Positions 1-9,008 of a DNA stretch of 55,043 nucleotides are shown here, piece after piece. The translations under genes and the position numbers were made by a program. Location: the NCBI GenBank assembly GCA_947629035.1, contig CANRCE010000004.1, forward strand, positions 1 through 55,043, in the 5' to 3' direction. Source of the DNA: an uncultured Bacilli bacterium. Lineage in GTDB: Bacteria > Bacillota_I > Bacilli_A > RF39 > UBA660. Under the pieces are notes generated by a model. It did not search any database. It worked only from the letters and a program-made list of their open reading frames with translations, and had not been told where the DNA came from. Position 1 is the stretch's first letter, and the number at the start of each line of letters is the position of its first letter.

Positions 1-217
1 TTTACATTATAAAATTTAATTATATTATAAATCTTATTTTTTAGGAGTTAAATCTCCACACTTATTCTACACTAACCTCTTCGGATTGTGATTTTTTTAT
101 AATATAATAGAGATGTTGAATTAAAAAATTTATATTTATTCTACTATTTTAAAAAAAATAATTACTATGATATTATAAAGTGACTAGAACAACAAATAAA
201 GCACCAATAAAGGTACT

Positions 218-514
218 TTACTTATTAAATAAATCACTATGACTTCCTGTATTCATTAATAAAAGTAATAGCATGTTATCATTATATTGATAAATTAACA
301 ACCAATCTGGTCTTATATGACATTCGTTACAGTTTCTATAATATTTATCATCAAGTAATTTGTGATTTTTATATTTAGAATCTAATTCCTCTTTAATCGC
401 TAACTTATTGATAACATCTTTTAATTCATCAATATTTTTTCCTTGTTTTAGAATTTTTTTTAAACTTTTTTTAAATTTTGTAGAATAAACCACTTGATAC
501 TTATAATTAATCAT
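218..514 (-). CDS. yafQ: Type II toxin-antitoxin toxin, YafQ family mRNA interferase
   Basis: 98 aa with 'KFKKSLKK', 'NHKL', 'ECHIRPDWLLIY' and C-terminal 'TGSHSDLF' signature; overlaps upstream antitoxin. Confidence 0.92.
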   Translation of the reverse strand: MINYKYQVVYSTKFKKSLKKILKQGKNIDELKDVINKLAIKEELDSKYKNHKLLDDKYYRNCNECHIRPDWLLIYQYNDNMLLLLLMNTGSHSDLFNK

Positions 515-794
515 CTGATAATAAACTCTCTTTCAAATCATTCCAATTATTATATCTAGGATATTTTTCAGGATTATTAATCATTTCGTTAACTTCTTCT
601 AATGCTTCTAACATATCCTTGCTTGGTTTAGGATTAACCACTTCAAAAGGTATACCATCCTTATTTATAAGTTGTTTAATTGCCATATTTACGTAAGTAC
701 TCATATTTAGACCTAATTTTTTAAGAATATTATTAGCAACTTCTTTGTCATAGGCATCAACTTGAACACTAATAGCACTTGTAAGACTTTCCAT
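507..794 (-). CDS. dinJ: Type II antitoxin, RelB/DinJ family
   Basis: 'ISVQVD..K..ANNILKKLGLNMSTYVNMAIKQ...GIPFEV' RHH antitoxin pattern; start moved to ATG 794 behind GAGGTG RBS. Confidence 0.88.
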   Translation of the reverse strand: MESLTSAISVQVDAYDKEVANNILKKLGLNMSTYVNMAIKQLINKDGIPFEVVNPKPSKDMLEALEEVNEMINNPEKYPRYNNWNDLKESLLSDD

Positions 795-816
795 ATATAA
801 CACCTCTTTCAAATTA

Positions 817-845
817 ATAATAGCACTAAAATATTATATTGTCAA
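817..845 (-). promoter_or_regulatory. SigA promoter of the TA operon
   Basis: TTGACA (845-840), 17 bp, TG-n-TATTAT (822-817). Confidence 0.7.
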
Positions 846-1239
846 TAAAACAACTATGAAATATAATATATTAACTATTTATTTTATTATATGTTATATT
901 AGATAATTTATCCATAATAAAAATACTGGTTTACTGTTTTATAATAATTTTTTATTATGTTTTTTGATTAATTACCACTCTTCTTCACTTTCAAACCAAA
1001 CAGATTTACTTTCTAATTTCTTTATATCATTTTGCATTTTATTTGATTTTTTTTCATAATTATTTAATTTCATTTTAACAATTAAAATTTTCCTTTAATA
1101 TATCTTTATTTTTCTTCTTTAAATTAAATATTCTAGCAATTGATAACAACTTATGTTGTAATATAATTAATTTGTAATCAATAAATTTAGAAGTATATGA
1201 TTATATTTTATCTAATTACAAAAAAAGCTAGATATAAAT

Positions 1240-3156
1240 CTAACTTATATTGTAATTATCTTCTAAAGAAAATTCAACATTTTCTTCAATCCAAAGTTTT
1301 CTTGGTTCAACAGCATCCCCCATTAAAACATTTACTCTTTTTTCTGCTAAAGCAACATCACTTATATTAACCTTAACTAAACTTCGACTAGCAGGATCCA
1401 TTGTTGTTTCCCATAATTGTTCAGGATTCATTTCTCCTAATCCTTTATATCGTTGAACTTTATAATTAGTTTTTTCACTAGTATATTCTTTTAATTCTTC
1501 ATTAGACCATATATATTTATCTTTATTGACTGTCGTTACTTTATATAATGGTGGCATAGCTATATATAACATACCATTTTCAATTAAAGGCTTCATATAA
1601 CGATAAAAGAAAGTCAAAAGCAAACATTGAATATGAGCTCCATCATCATCAGCATCTGTCATAATGATAACCTTACCATAATGACTATCTTTTACTGTAA
1701 AGTCACTTCCTATTCCTGCTCCAATAGTATGAATTAAAGTATTTATCTCTTCATTTTTTAAAATATCTTCTAATCTTGATTTTTCAGTATTAATTACTTT
1801 ACCTCGAAGTGGTAAAATAGCTTGCGTTCTTCGATCTCTTCCCTGTTTAGCACTACCTCCAGCACTTTCTCCTTCGACAATAAATAATTCTTTTTCTTCA
1901 GATTTTTTACTTTGAGCAGGCGTCAATTTACCACTTAAAATTTTTTCTATTTTCTTACTATCTTTACCCTTTCTTGTTTCCTCTCTTGCTTTTCTTGCTG
2001 CTTCACGGGCTTCTTTCCCTTTTAAAGCTTTAGATATAATTTTTGTAGCTATATTCTTGTTTTCTTCTAAAAAGAATTTTAATTTTTCCGTTGTTATAGA
2101 TTCGACAATACTTCTTGCAATGGGAGTTCCTAATTTAGCTTTAGTCTGTCCTTCAAATTGAAGTATATTTTCAGGTATTTGAACACTAATAATCGCAGTT
2201 AATCCTTCTCTAACATCAGATCCCTCAAAACTTTTATCTTTGCTTTTAAAATATGAATTTTCTTTAGCATAATCATTTAACACTTTCGTAATAGCGCTTT
2301 TAAATCCTACCTCATGACTACCACCATCAGTTGTTTTAACATTATTAACAAAAGATACAATATTCTCTGCATAACTATCAGTATATTGTAATGCCACAGC
2401 TACATTAACCTTATCTTTTGTGGCTTCAAAGCATAAAACATCATGAAGTGGTTCTTTTTCTTCATTTAAATATTCGCAAAATGAACGAAGACCATTTTCA
2501 TATAAATATTTCTCACTACGTCCTTCAATTTCATCAATTATTTCGATTGTAAGTCCATTTATTAAAAAAGCACATTCCTGCATTCGCTCACAAATAGTTG
2601 AAAAACTAAAATTAGTATAAGAGAAAATCGTAGGATCAGGTTTAAACTTTACTGTTGTACCTGTTTTATTCGAAACTCCAATTTTCTTTAAAGGAATAGT
2701 TACCTTACCACCATTTTCAAACTTAATATAATACTCTCCACCATCTCTTCTTGTTACTACTTCTAAAACACTACTTAAGGCATTTACAACTGAAGCTCCA
2801 ACACCATGTAGTCCTCCAGATACTTTATATCCCCCTTCAGAAAATTTACCACCTGCATGAAGAACAGTATAAATAACTTCAGCCGTACTTTTTCCTGATT
2901 CATGCATTCCTACAGGAATACCTCTTCCCTTATCAGTAACACTGACCGATCCATCTTTATGAAGAACAATTTTTAAATGATTACCATAACCATTTAAAGC
3001 TTCATCAATTGAATTATCTACAATTTCCCATACCAGATGATGTAATCCCCTCTTATCAGTAGAGCCAATATACATACCAGGTCTTTTTCTTACTGCCTCT
3101 AATCCTTCCAAAATTTTTATCGAACTATCATCATACTTATTTTCAGCTGATTTCAT
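1240..3156 (-). CDS. parE: DNA topoisomerase IV subunit B
   Basis: LEGLEAVRKRPGMYIGS, GHKL ATPase, TOPRIM EGESAGG / DADDDG; C-terminus 'VEPRKLWIEENVEF' is ParE-type rather than GyrB-type. Confidence 0.9.
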   Translation of the reverse strand: MKSAENKYDDSSIKILEGLEAVRKRPGMYIGSTDKRGLHHLVWEIVDNSIDEALNGYGNHLKIVLHKDGSVSVTDKGRGIPVGMHESGKSTAEVIYTVLHAGGKFSEGGYKVSGGLHGVGASVVNALSSVLEVVTRRDGGEYYIKFENGGKVTIPLKKIGVSNKTGTTVKFKPDPTIFSYTNFSFSTICERMQECAFLINGLTIEIIDEIEGRSEKYLYENGLRSFCEYLNEEKEPLHDVLCFEATKDKVNVAVALQYTDSYAENIVSFVNNVKTTDGGSHEVGFKSAITKVLNDYAKENSYFKSKDKSFEGSDVREGLTAIISVQIPENILQFEGQTKAKLGTPIARSIVESITTEKLKFFLEENKNIATKIISKALKGKEAREAARKAREETRKGKDSKKIEKILSGKLTPAQSKKSEEKELFIVEGESAGGSAKQGRDRRTQAILPLRGKVINTEKSRLEDILKNEEINTLIHTIGAGIGSDFTVKDSHYGKVIIMTDADDDGAHIQCLLLTFFYRYMKPLIENGMLYIAMPPLYKVTTVNKDKYIWSNEELKEYTSEKTNYKVQRYKGLGEMNPEQLWETTMDPASRSLVKVNISDVALAEKRVNVLMGDAVEPRKLWIEENVEFSLEDNYNIS

Positions 3157-3343
3157 TTTATCACATTCCTATTCATTAGTTAATTATATCAAAAATTGGG
3201 CTTATAAGCAATAATTTGTCATCTTTTTGACAATTAAAAATTAAGCTATATTTCTCTATATTGGTTATAAAATATTCAAAATGTATCCTTTTTGGTTACA
3301 TACATAACTACTTTTTTATGTTAAAATATAATTTGAGAGGAAA

Positions 3344-3373
3344 AAACACATATTATAAATTTAATATGTGTTT
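3344..3373 (-). terminator. Intrinsic terminator after XRE gene
   Basis: 12-bp perfect stem AAACACATATTA/TAATATGTGTTT with T-run on minus strand. Confidence 0.7.
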
Positions 3374-3380
3374 GAAAGAC

Positions 3381-3623
3381 TCATTTAGTAAGCCTATATT
3401 CTAGTATATCATCAATATGGCACTCTAAAACATAACACATTTTGGCAAGTACATCACTATCATATCTTGTCAGAGGTTCATTATTATAATAATCTTTAAT
3501 TGTGCTATATTTTAAGTCTGTAAGCTTACTCATTTGGTAAATTGTAAGATTGTTTTTATCCATTTGATCTTTTAATTTAATAATAATTTTACCATAGTCT
3601 TTTAATTGAGCAATTCCTCTCAT
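3381..3623 (-). CDS. XRE/Cro-C1 helix-turn-helix regulator (YozG/HTH_26-like)
   Basis: 80 aa, 'LTIYQMSKLTDLKYSTIKDYY...LAKMCYVLECHIDDILEY'. Confidence 0.85.
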   Translation of the reverse strand: MRGIAQLKDYGKIIIKLKDQMDKNNLTIYQMSKLTDLKYSTIKDYYNNEPLTRYDSDVLAKMCYVLECHIDDILEYRLTK

Positions 3624-3730
3624 TTTATTGATGTTACCTCCTTATAAAATATTGTAACATGAATAAAACCTCAAAAATATACCTTTACAAAGGAACTATT
3701 ATAATGTATGATATTAATAGGAGGGCGCAT

Positions 3731-3949
3731 ATGGAAATAGATATCGAAAGTTTATGTCAAGATATTATCAACTATGATAATAAAAAAAACAAGAATTGGA
3801 ATGAAGTATTTTATGAAATCAGTAATAACTATATTGATACTAAAAATGTTGATTTAACCAATAAAGTCCTAATTAAAGTAGTATCACAAATTACAAAGAT
3901 GGGATACGATATTCTAGATTTACCTTTTCATTTAAAAAAATATAAATAA
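3731..3949 (+). CDS. Small hypothetical protein divergent from XRE gene
   Basis: AGGAGG RBS before ATG 3731 (track start 3659 lacks RBS); 72 aa. Confidence 0.65.
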   Translation: MEIDIESLCQDIINYDNKKNKNWNEVFYEISNNYIDTKNVDLTNKVLIKVVSQITKMGYDILDLPFHLKKYK

Positions 3950-4648
3950 TTAGATTTTAATAATCGAAGAAAGTCGTTTTATGACTTTTTTTTCTATTCT
4001 CGAAATATAAGATTGAGATATTCCTAAAAGTTCAGCAACCTCTTTTTGAGTAAGTTCTTCCTTACCATTTAATCCATAACGTAATTCTATTATTTCTTTA
4101 TCTCTTGGATTTAATTTTGCTACTTCTTGATATAAAAGATTACGATCTAACTGTTCATCAAGATTTTTAGTTACTAAATTAGCATCTGTCCCCAATACAT
4201 CTTCAAGATGAAGTTCATTACCATCACTATCAAAACTCAAACTATCATCTAGAGAAATTTCCGTTCTTTTTTTCTTTGTCTTTCTTAAATACATAAGTAT
4301 TTCATTATCAATACATCTTGATGCATATGTTGCAAGTTTAATATTCTTATCTAATTTATAAGTATTTACTCCTTTAATTAAACCAATAGTGCCAATTGAT
4401 ACTAAATCTTCCAAATCAATATTGGTATTTTCATATTTTTTAGCAAGAAATACAACTAATCTTAAATTATGTTCAATTAATTTATTTCTTGCCTTGGTAT
4501 TTCCTTCCATTGATTTTTTTACATATTCATATTCTTCTTCTTTACTTAAAGGTTCTGGTAAAATATCACTACTACCTACATAGAATACATAATTTAACTT
4601 TGCTAATAACTTTAATAACAATTTTAACATACCTCTTTCTCCTTTCAT
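3950..4648 (-). CDS. sigE: Pro-sigma-E, mother-cell sporulation sigma factor
   Basis: Basic/hydrophobic pro-sequence, 'YVGSSDILPEPLS', 'EDLVSIGTIGLIK', 'ISQSYISRIEK'; coupled to spoIIGA. Confidence 0.93.
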   Translation of the reverse strand: MKGERGMLKLLLKLLAKLNYVFYVGSSDILPEPLSKEEEYEYVKKSMEGNTKARNKLIEHNLRLVVFLAKKYENTNIDLEDLVSIGTIGLIKGVNTYKLDKNIKLATYASRCIDNEILMYLRKTKKKRTEISLDDSLSFDSDGNELHLEDVLGTDANLVTKNLDEQLDRNLLYQEVAKLNPRDKEIIELRYGLNGKEELTQKEVAELLGISQSYISRIEKKVIKRLSSIIKI

Positions 4649-5418
4649 ATTAAATCCTTATGTAATATACAATCAACACCATCGATATTTATTTTATTCT
4701 CTAAAGTAGCTATTAAAACATTAGTAATAGTTCTATTTTCAACTACTATTTTATCAGGCTTATAGCATTTTAATAAACCATGAGAGGATACATCATGGTA
4801 GGGAGTCATTATAAATTTCTTATTTTTTAAATTAAAAAGATGAGGATTTACTAAAATAATAGGCCTTTTTAAATAAGGATCATATAAATTATTTCCCGTA
4901 TCTAAATATGCTGTTAAATTCTTTTTTTCATTATTTATATATATGCTAATTTCGTAGTAATTAGAATAATGTTGTTTTATTTTTCTATTACTTTTTAAAT
5001 AAAAATAAAGAATTAAAGGTGATATTAATAATATAATAATAAAATTTAAGGATAAACCATTATTATAAAAAATTAATCCATTATTTTTATAAGCAAATTC
5101 TATTTTTAAAAAATAAAGAAAACCTCCATAGATAATACTTATAAGATATAAATATAATATATTATTTAAAGTATATCTTATACCTTTATAACCAAATACT
5201 ATTAACACCATAATTATAGCTATAATTATTTTAAAGAAAAATAGCAGTAATGTCGTTGTTTTTATAAATAAAAATAATAAACTAATACTACCAAAAATTG
5301 CTCCCAAAATAAGTCTTTTTATTTTTACTCTTCTTTTTAAGACAATTGTAGTGGTAATAAGAAGCAATAAATCAATTAAAAAATTAAGAATAAATACCAA
5401 ATCAAGATATACTGTCAT
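4645..5418 (-). CDS. spoIIGA: Sigma-E processing aspartic protease
   Basis: 'MTVYLDLVFILNF', several TM helices, catalytic 'LDTGNNLYDP'. Confidence 0.93.
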   Translation of the reverse strand: MTVYLDLVFILNFLIDLLLLITTTIVLKRRVKIKRLILGAIFGSISLLFLFIKTTTLLLFFFKIIIAIIMVLIVFGYKGIRYTLNNILYLYLISIIYGGFLYFLKIEFAYKNNGLIFYNNGLSLNFIIILLISPLILYFYLKSNRKIKQHYSNYYEISIYINNEKKNLTAYLDTGNNLYDPYLKRPIILVNPHLFNLKNKKFIMTPYHDVSSHGLLKCYKPDKIVVENRTITNVLIATLENKINIDGVDCILHKDLI

Positions 5419-5460
5419 TTACCTCACCTTTATTATTATAAAAAAAAGATGATCAATATT

Positions 5461-5478
5461 TTGTCATCTTTTGTCTTA
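5461..5478 (-). promoter_or_regulatory. Possible tandem Spo0A boxes upstream of spoIIGA
   Basis: TAAGACA and GATGACA spaced 10 bp, partial matches to TTCGACA, upstream of a TATAAT -10. Confidence 0.35.
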
Positions 5479-5480
5479 AA

Positions 5481-6179
5481 CTAATCTTTTAATTCAATAT
5501 AATCACCAGAGTCAAGATATATTATACCCTTATGTCCTTCCATTTCCTGATAGATACTATTATAACTATTTAACTTGGTAATTTTACTTAAAGTTATATA
5601 AACATAATTTCCATCTTTCATATAAAGTAAAAATCTAGAATCATCTACTTCATTTGGATCATATTGAATTTCTGATATTTGAGCTAAAACATCATAATCT
5701 ACTTCACTAAATTTACTTATAAATTTATCATATACTAAAGTTGGATAATTAATTAAAGTAGGAATATCAGTAAGATAATGAATGTTATCTAATTGTTTTC
5801 CACTTGTCAAAATTAATTTATCATTATAAAGACATAAAGGTTTATATTCTGTTATTTCTAAATAAATTTTACTAAAATTTCTTTTTTTTACTTTTACTTG
5901 TTTTATATAATCATTTTTTTCTAAAATATTTTTAATTTTTTTTGAAGAAGTAAGTAAATACTTGGGATATGTATCCAATGAAGATATCGATAATATCTCT
6001 TTATCAGATAAAATATCATTTCCTATTACATAAACATTTTTAATAGGAAGATTTTTTATCCAAATAAATCCTAAAATAAGTAAAACTAAAATTATAGCAA
6101 AAATAATAATATTTTTAATTTTAAGTTTTCTCTTTTTTACTTTTACTTTAATTTTAGTCTTTTCTTTCATCTTTATCAC
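5481..6179 (-). CDS. divIB: Cell division protein DivIB/FtsQ
   Basis: Basic N-terminus, TM helix, POTRA 'IKNVYVIGN', 'QISEIQY..LYMKDGN'; follows murB. Confidence 0.85.
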   Translation of the reverse strand: MIKMKEKTKIKVKVKKRKLKIKNIIIFAIILVLLILGFIWIKNLPIKNVYVIGNDILSDKEILSISSLDTYPKYLLTSSKKIKNILEKNDYIKQVKVKKRNFSKIYLEITEYKPLCLYNDKLILTSGKQLDNIHYLTDIPTLINYPTLVYDKFISKFSEVDYDVLAQISEIQYDPNEVDDSRFLLYMKDGNYVYITLSKITKLNSYNSIYQEMEGHKGIIYLDSGDYIELKD

Positions 6180-7057
6180 CTTTTTATTTCTTGTTCTAGA
6201 ATTAAATCAATATTATATTTTTCTTTGACTTTACTTTGAATATAAGTTATTAAATTTATAATATCTTCTCCAGTAGCATTTCCTTTATTAATAATAAAAT
6301 TTGCATGTTTTTCTGATACACAAGCATCATTTATATTGTAACCTTTTAATCCTAAATCTTCAATTAAAGCCCCTGCAAAAAGTTCATTAGGATTACGAAA
6401 AACGCTACCTGCTGAAGGCATATTTAAAGGTTGAGTTTCCATTCTTCGTTTAGCTCTATTTTCCATTAAACTAAATATCTTATTTTTATCATCTTTTTGT
6501 AATTTTAAAGTAGCCTCTAGACATATATACTCTCTTTTTTCTTTAAATAAACTACTACGATAAGAAAAATTCAATTCATCCTTTGTCAAAGTTTTTATTT
6601 GAAAATTATCATCGATAATTTTAACACTTTCGACAATCGAAGACATATCTTGTTTATATGCTCCAGCATTCATCGCAACGGAAGCTCCAACTTGACCTGG
6701 TATACCTCCTGCAAATTCTAAACCAGATAAACCCAAAGTTGCAACTTCTCTTGCTAATTTCATTAAAGAATAACCTGCTTCAACAACGATAGTATCATTA
6801 TTAATAGAAATATGATTTAGATTATCTAATTTAATTACAATATCATAATTATTTTTAGCTAAAATGATATTACTCCCAGCACCTAAAATAATATATTTTA
6901 AGTTATTTTTTTTTAAATATTTTAAAAGATCTAATAATTCTTGACTATCTTTAGGAAAAATCAAATAATTTGCTAAACTTTCTATTTTATAAGTATTATA
7001 TTTTTTTAAATTTGCCTTCTTTTGGTATTGATATTTTTTTATAAAATCCTCTATCAT
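6176..7057 (-). CDS. murB: UDP-N-acetylenolpyruvoylglucosamine reductase
   Basis: 'GAGSNI', 'GLEFAGGIPG', 'MNAGAY', 'SAGSVFRNP', 'KHANF'. Confidence 0.96.
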   Translation of the reverse strand: MIEDFIKKYQYQKKANLKKYNTYKIESLANYLIFPKDSQELLDLLKYLKKNNLKYIILGAGSNIILAKNNYDIVIKLDNLNHISINNDTIVVEAGYSLMKLAREVATLGLSGLEFAGGIPGQVGASVAMNAGAYKQDMSSIVESVKIIDDNFQIKTLTKDELNFSYRSSLFKEKREYICLEATLKLQKDDKNKIFSLMENRAKRRMETQPLNMPSAGSVFRNPNELFAGALIEDLGLKGYNINDACVSEKHANFIINKGNATGEDIINLITYIQSKVKEKYNIDLILEQEIKR

Positions 7058-8133
7058 TTATCAATCATTTCTTTCAATACATTATAAATACGAGTAGAAC
7101 TATCTTTTATACCTAAAGCCTGTAAATTAGTTTTAATTTCTTTTAACTTTTTGTCATCTTTTAGAGTATTATCAATTAAACTAATCAAATTTTCTTTATT
7201 TAGATTTTCTTCCTCTAAAATAATTCCTGCCTTTTTAGATACTAGACTAATAGCATTTTTATATTGATGATTGTTAGGTACATAAGGACTTGGAATAAAA
7301 ATTGAAGGTATTCCTAATACAGTTACTTCTGCAATAGTAGACGCTCCTGCTCTAGTTACCATGAGTGAAGCATTTTTCATAAGTCTTGGCATATCATAGA
7401 TAAAAGGATATATTTTTACATTTTTAGGTACTTTTTGATTTTTTATTTTTTCATAATATTTATTTCCCGTTACAAAAACAACTTCATAATCTTTATCTTT
7501 AAAGGCATCAATAAAAGAAAATATTTTATTATTAACACTACTACTTCCCTGTGAACCCATTACAATTAAAACAAGTTTCTTATCTTCTGTTAAATTAAAT
7601 TCCTTTTTAGAAGCTTTTTTAATAGTTAAAGCTTTCTCACTACAAGGATTTCCCGTTAAAACAACCTTATCTTGAGGAAACATATTTCTAGTATCTTCAA
7701 AAGATATTGCTATTTTTGAAGCATAATGGCTTAAATAACGATTAGATAAACCTACAATAGAATTTTGCTCATGAATAAGTGTCTTTTTCCCCAATTTTTT
7801 ACCAGCCCAAATAACTGGTGCCGTAACATATCCACCACAGCCAATTACAACATCAGGATTAAATTCTTTTATTATTTTCTTACATTTCTTTCTTGCTTGT
7901 AAAAAGTTTTTTAAAGTTGTAAAATTCTTTAATAATTTTTTACGATTAAAGCCTGTAACATGAATAGCTTCATAGTGAATTCCAAATTCTGGTATTAAAT
8001 CTTTTTCCATTCGATTATCTGTTCCAATATAAACAAAAGAGCTATCTTTTTCCTTTTCCTTTATCGTTTTTATGATAGCTAAAGCCGGATAGATATGTCC
8101 ACCTGTTCCTCCTGCTGAAATAACTACTTTCAT
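7054..8133 (-). CDS. murG: Lipid II GlcNAc transferase
   Basis: 'GGTGGHIYPA', 'HEQN', 'TGNP', 'RAGASTIAE'. Confidence 0.97.
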   Translation of the reverse strand: MKVVISAGGTGGHIYPALAIIKTIKEKEKDSSFVYIGTDNRMEKDLIPEFGIHYEAIHVTGFNRKKLLKNFTTLKNFLQARKKCKKIIKEFNPDVVIGCGGYVTAPVIWAGKKLGKKTLIHEQNSIVGLSNRYLSHYASKIAISFEDTRNMFPQDKVVLTGNPCSEKALTIKKASKKEFNLTEDKKLVLIVMGSQGSSSVNNKIFSFIDAFKDKDYEVVFVTGNKYYEKIKNQKVPKNVKIYPFIYDMPRLMKNASLMVTRAGASTIAEVTVLGIPSIFIPSPYVPNNHQYKNAISLVSKKAGIILEEENLNKENLISLIDNTLKDDKKLKEIKTNLQALGIKDSSTRIYNVLKEMIDK

Positions 8134-8232
8134 GTTATTAACCTCCCTTAATTAAGTTACTTAAATTATAACATATTTTTATTTAAAAAGTTATAAATCT
8201 ATTTAATTATACGAAATATTTAATAACATATG

Positions 8233-8997
8233 TCAAGAAACTAGGTAATTTATAATATCCATAAATTCGATTTTACTAATAAAAAGTAAAATCGCTGCCA
8301 TACTTAAAAATGGCCCAAAAGGAATTAAATGATCCTTATTTTTCATCATAACAAATAACGCTACAGGAAAAGCAATAAAAGTAGCTAAAAAAATACTTGT
8401 AATTGATAGAGCATATCCTAAACAAAGTCCAAAGAAAAATAAGAGTTTTATGTCCCCTCCTCCCAAAGACTCTCGTTTAAAAATGAAATCTCCGATAAGT
8501 TTAATTATATACATACTTACAAATGAAATAACACCATTAGCTATTATTTCTGAAGTATCAATTATTCCATAAAAAATAAAATTTAAAATAATAATTAAAA
8601 AAGAACAAACATATAAAACTTCATCTAAAATTATCATATATTCAATATCACTTATAATAATAATAATTAATCCCGAAATAAACACTAAACCTATAAAAAA
8701 TTTAGGTGTAAATCCATAAGAATGATAGCATACAGCATACAATACAGCAGTCATTACTTCTGCTACTAGATAACTAAAGGGAAGCTTATTACCACAGCAT
8801 CTACTTTTTCCTTTTTGAATTAAGAAAGATAAAATGGGTATTAGTTCATACCACTTTAATTTTCGTTTACAAATATGACAATGAGATGGTGGACTTATTA
8901 TAGATTGTCCATTTGAAAGTCTAGTTGATACAACATGGAAAAAAGATCCCATTATACTACCAATTACTATAATTATAATATAATATATTACTTCCAT
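8233..8997 (-). CDS. pilD: Prepilin peptidase (A24, PilD/ComC family)
   Basis: 'GSFFHV', 'SHCHIC', 'LIPILSFL', 'LGGGDIKL', 'IPFGPFL'. Confidence 0.9.
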   Translation of the reverse strand: MEVIYYIIIIVIGSIMGSFFHVVSTRLSNGQSIISPPSHCHICKRKLKWYELIPILSFLIQKGKSRCCGNKLPFSYLVAEVMTAVLYAVCYHSYGFTPKFFIGLVFISGLIIIIISDIEYMIILDEVLYVCSFLIIILNFIFYGIIDTSEIIANGVISFVSMYIIKLIGDFIFKRESLGGGDIKLLFFFGLCLGYALSITSIFLATFIAFPVALFVMMKNKDHLIPFGPFLSMAAILLFISKIEFMDIINYLVS

Positions 8998-9008
8998 ATT
9001 TTTGTCTC

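Noticed and set aside
40-100. Short hairpins (GGAG/CTCC; cac..gtg plus T-run) at window start
   Set aside because: Stems are weak and context is cut off; cannot support an RNA or terminator call
4389-4583. 64-aa plus-strand ORF
   Set aside because: Antisense shadow of sigE
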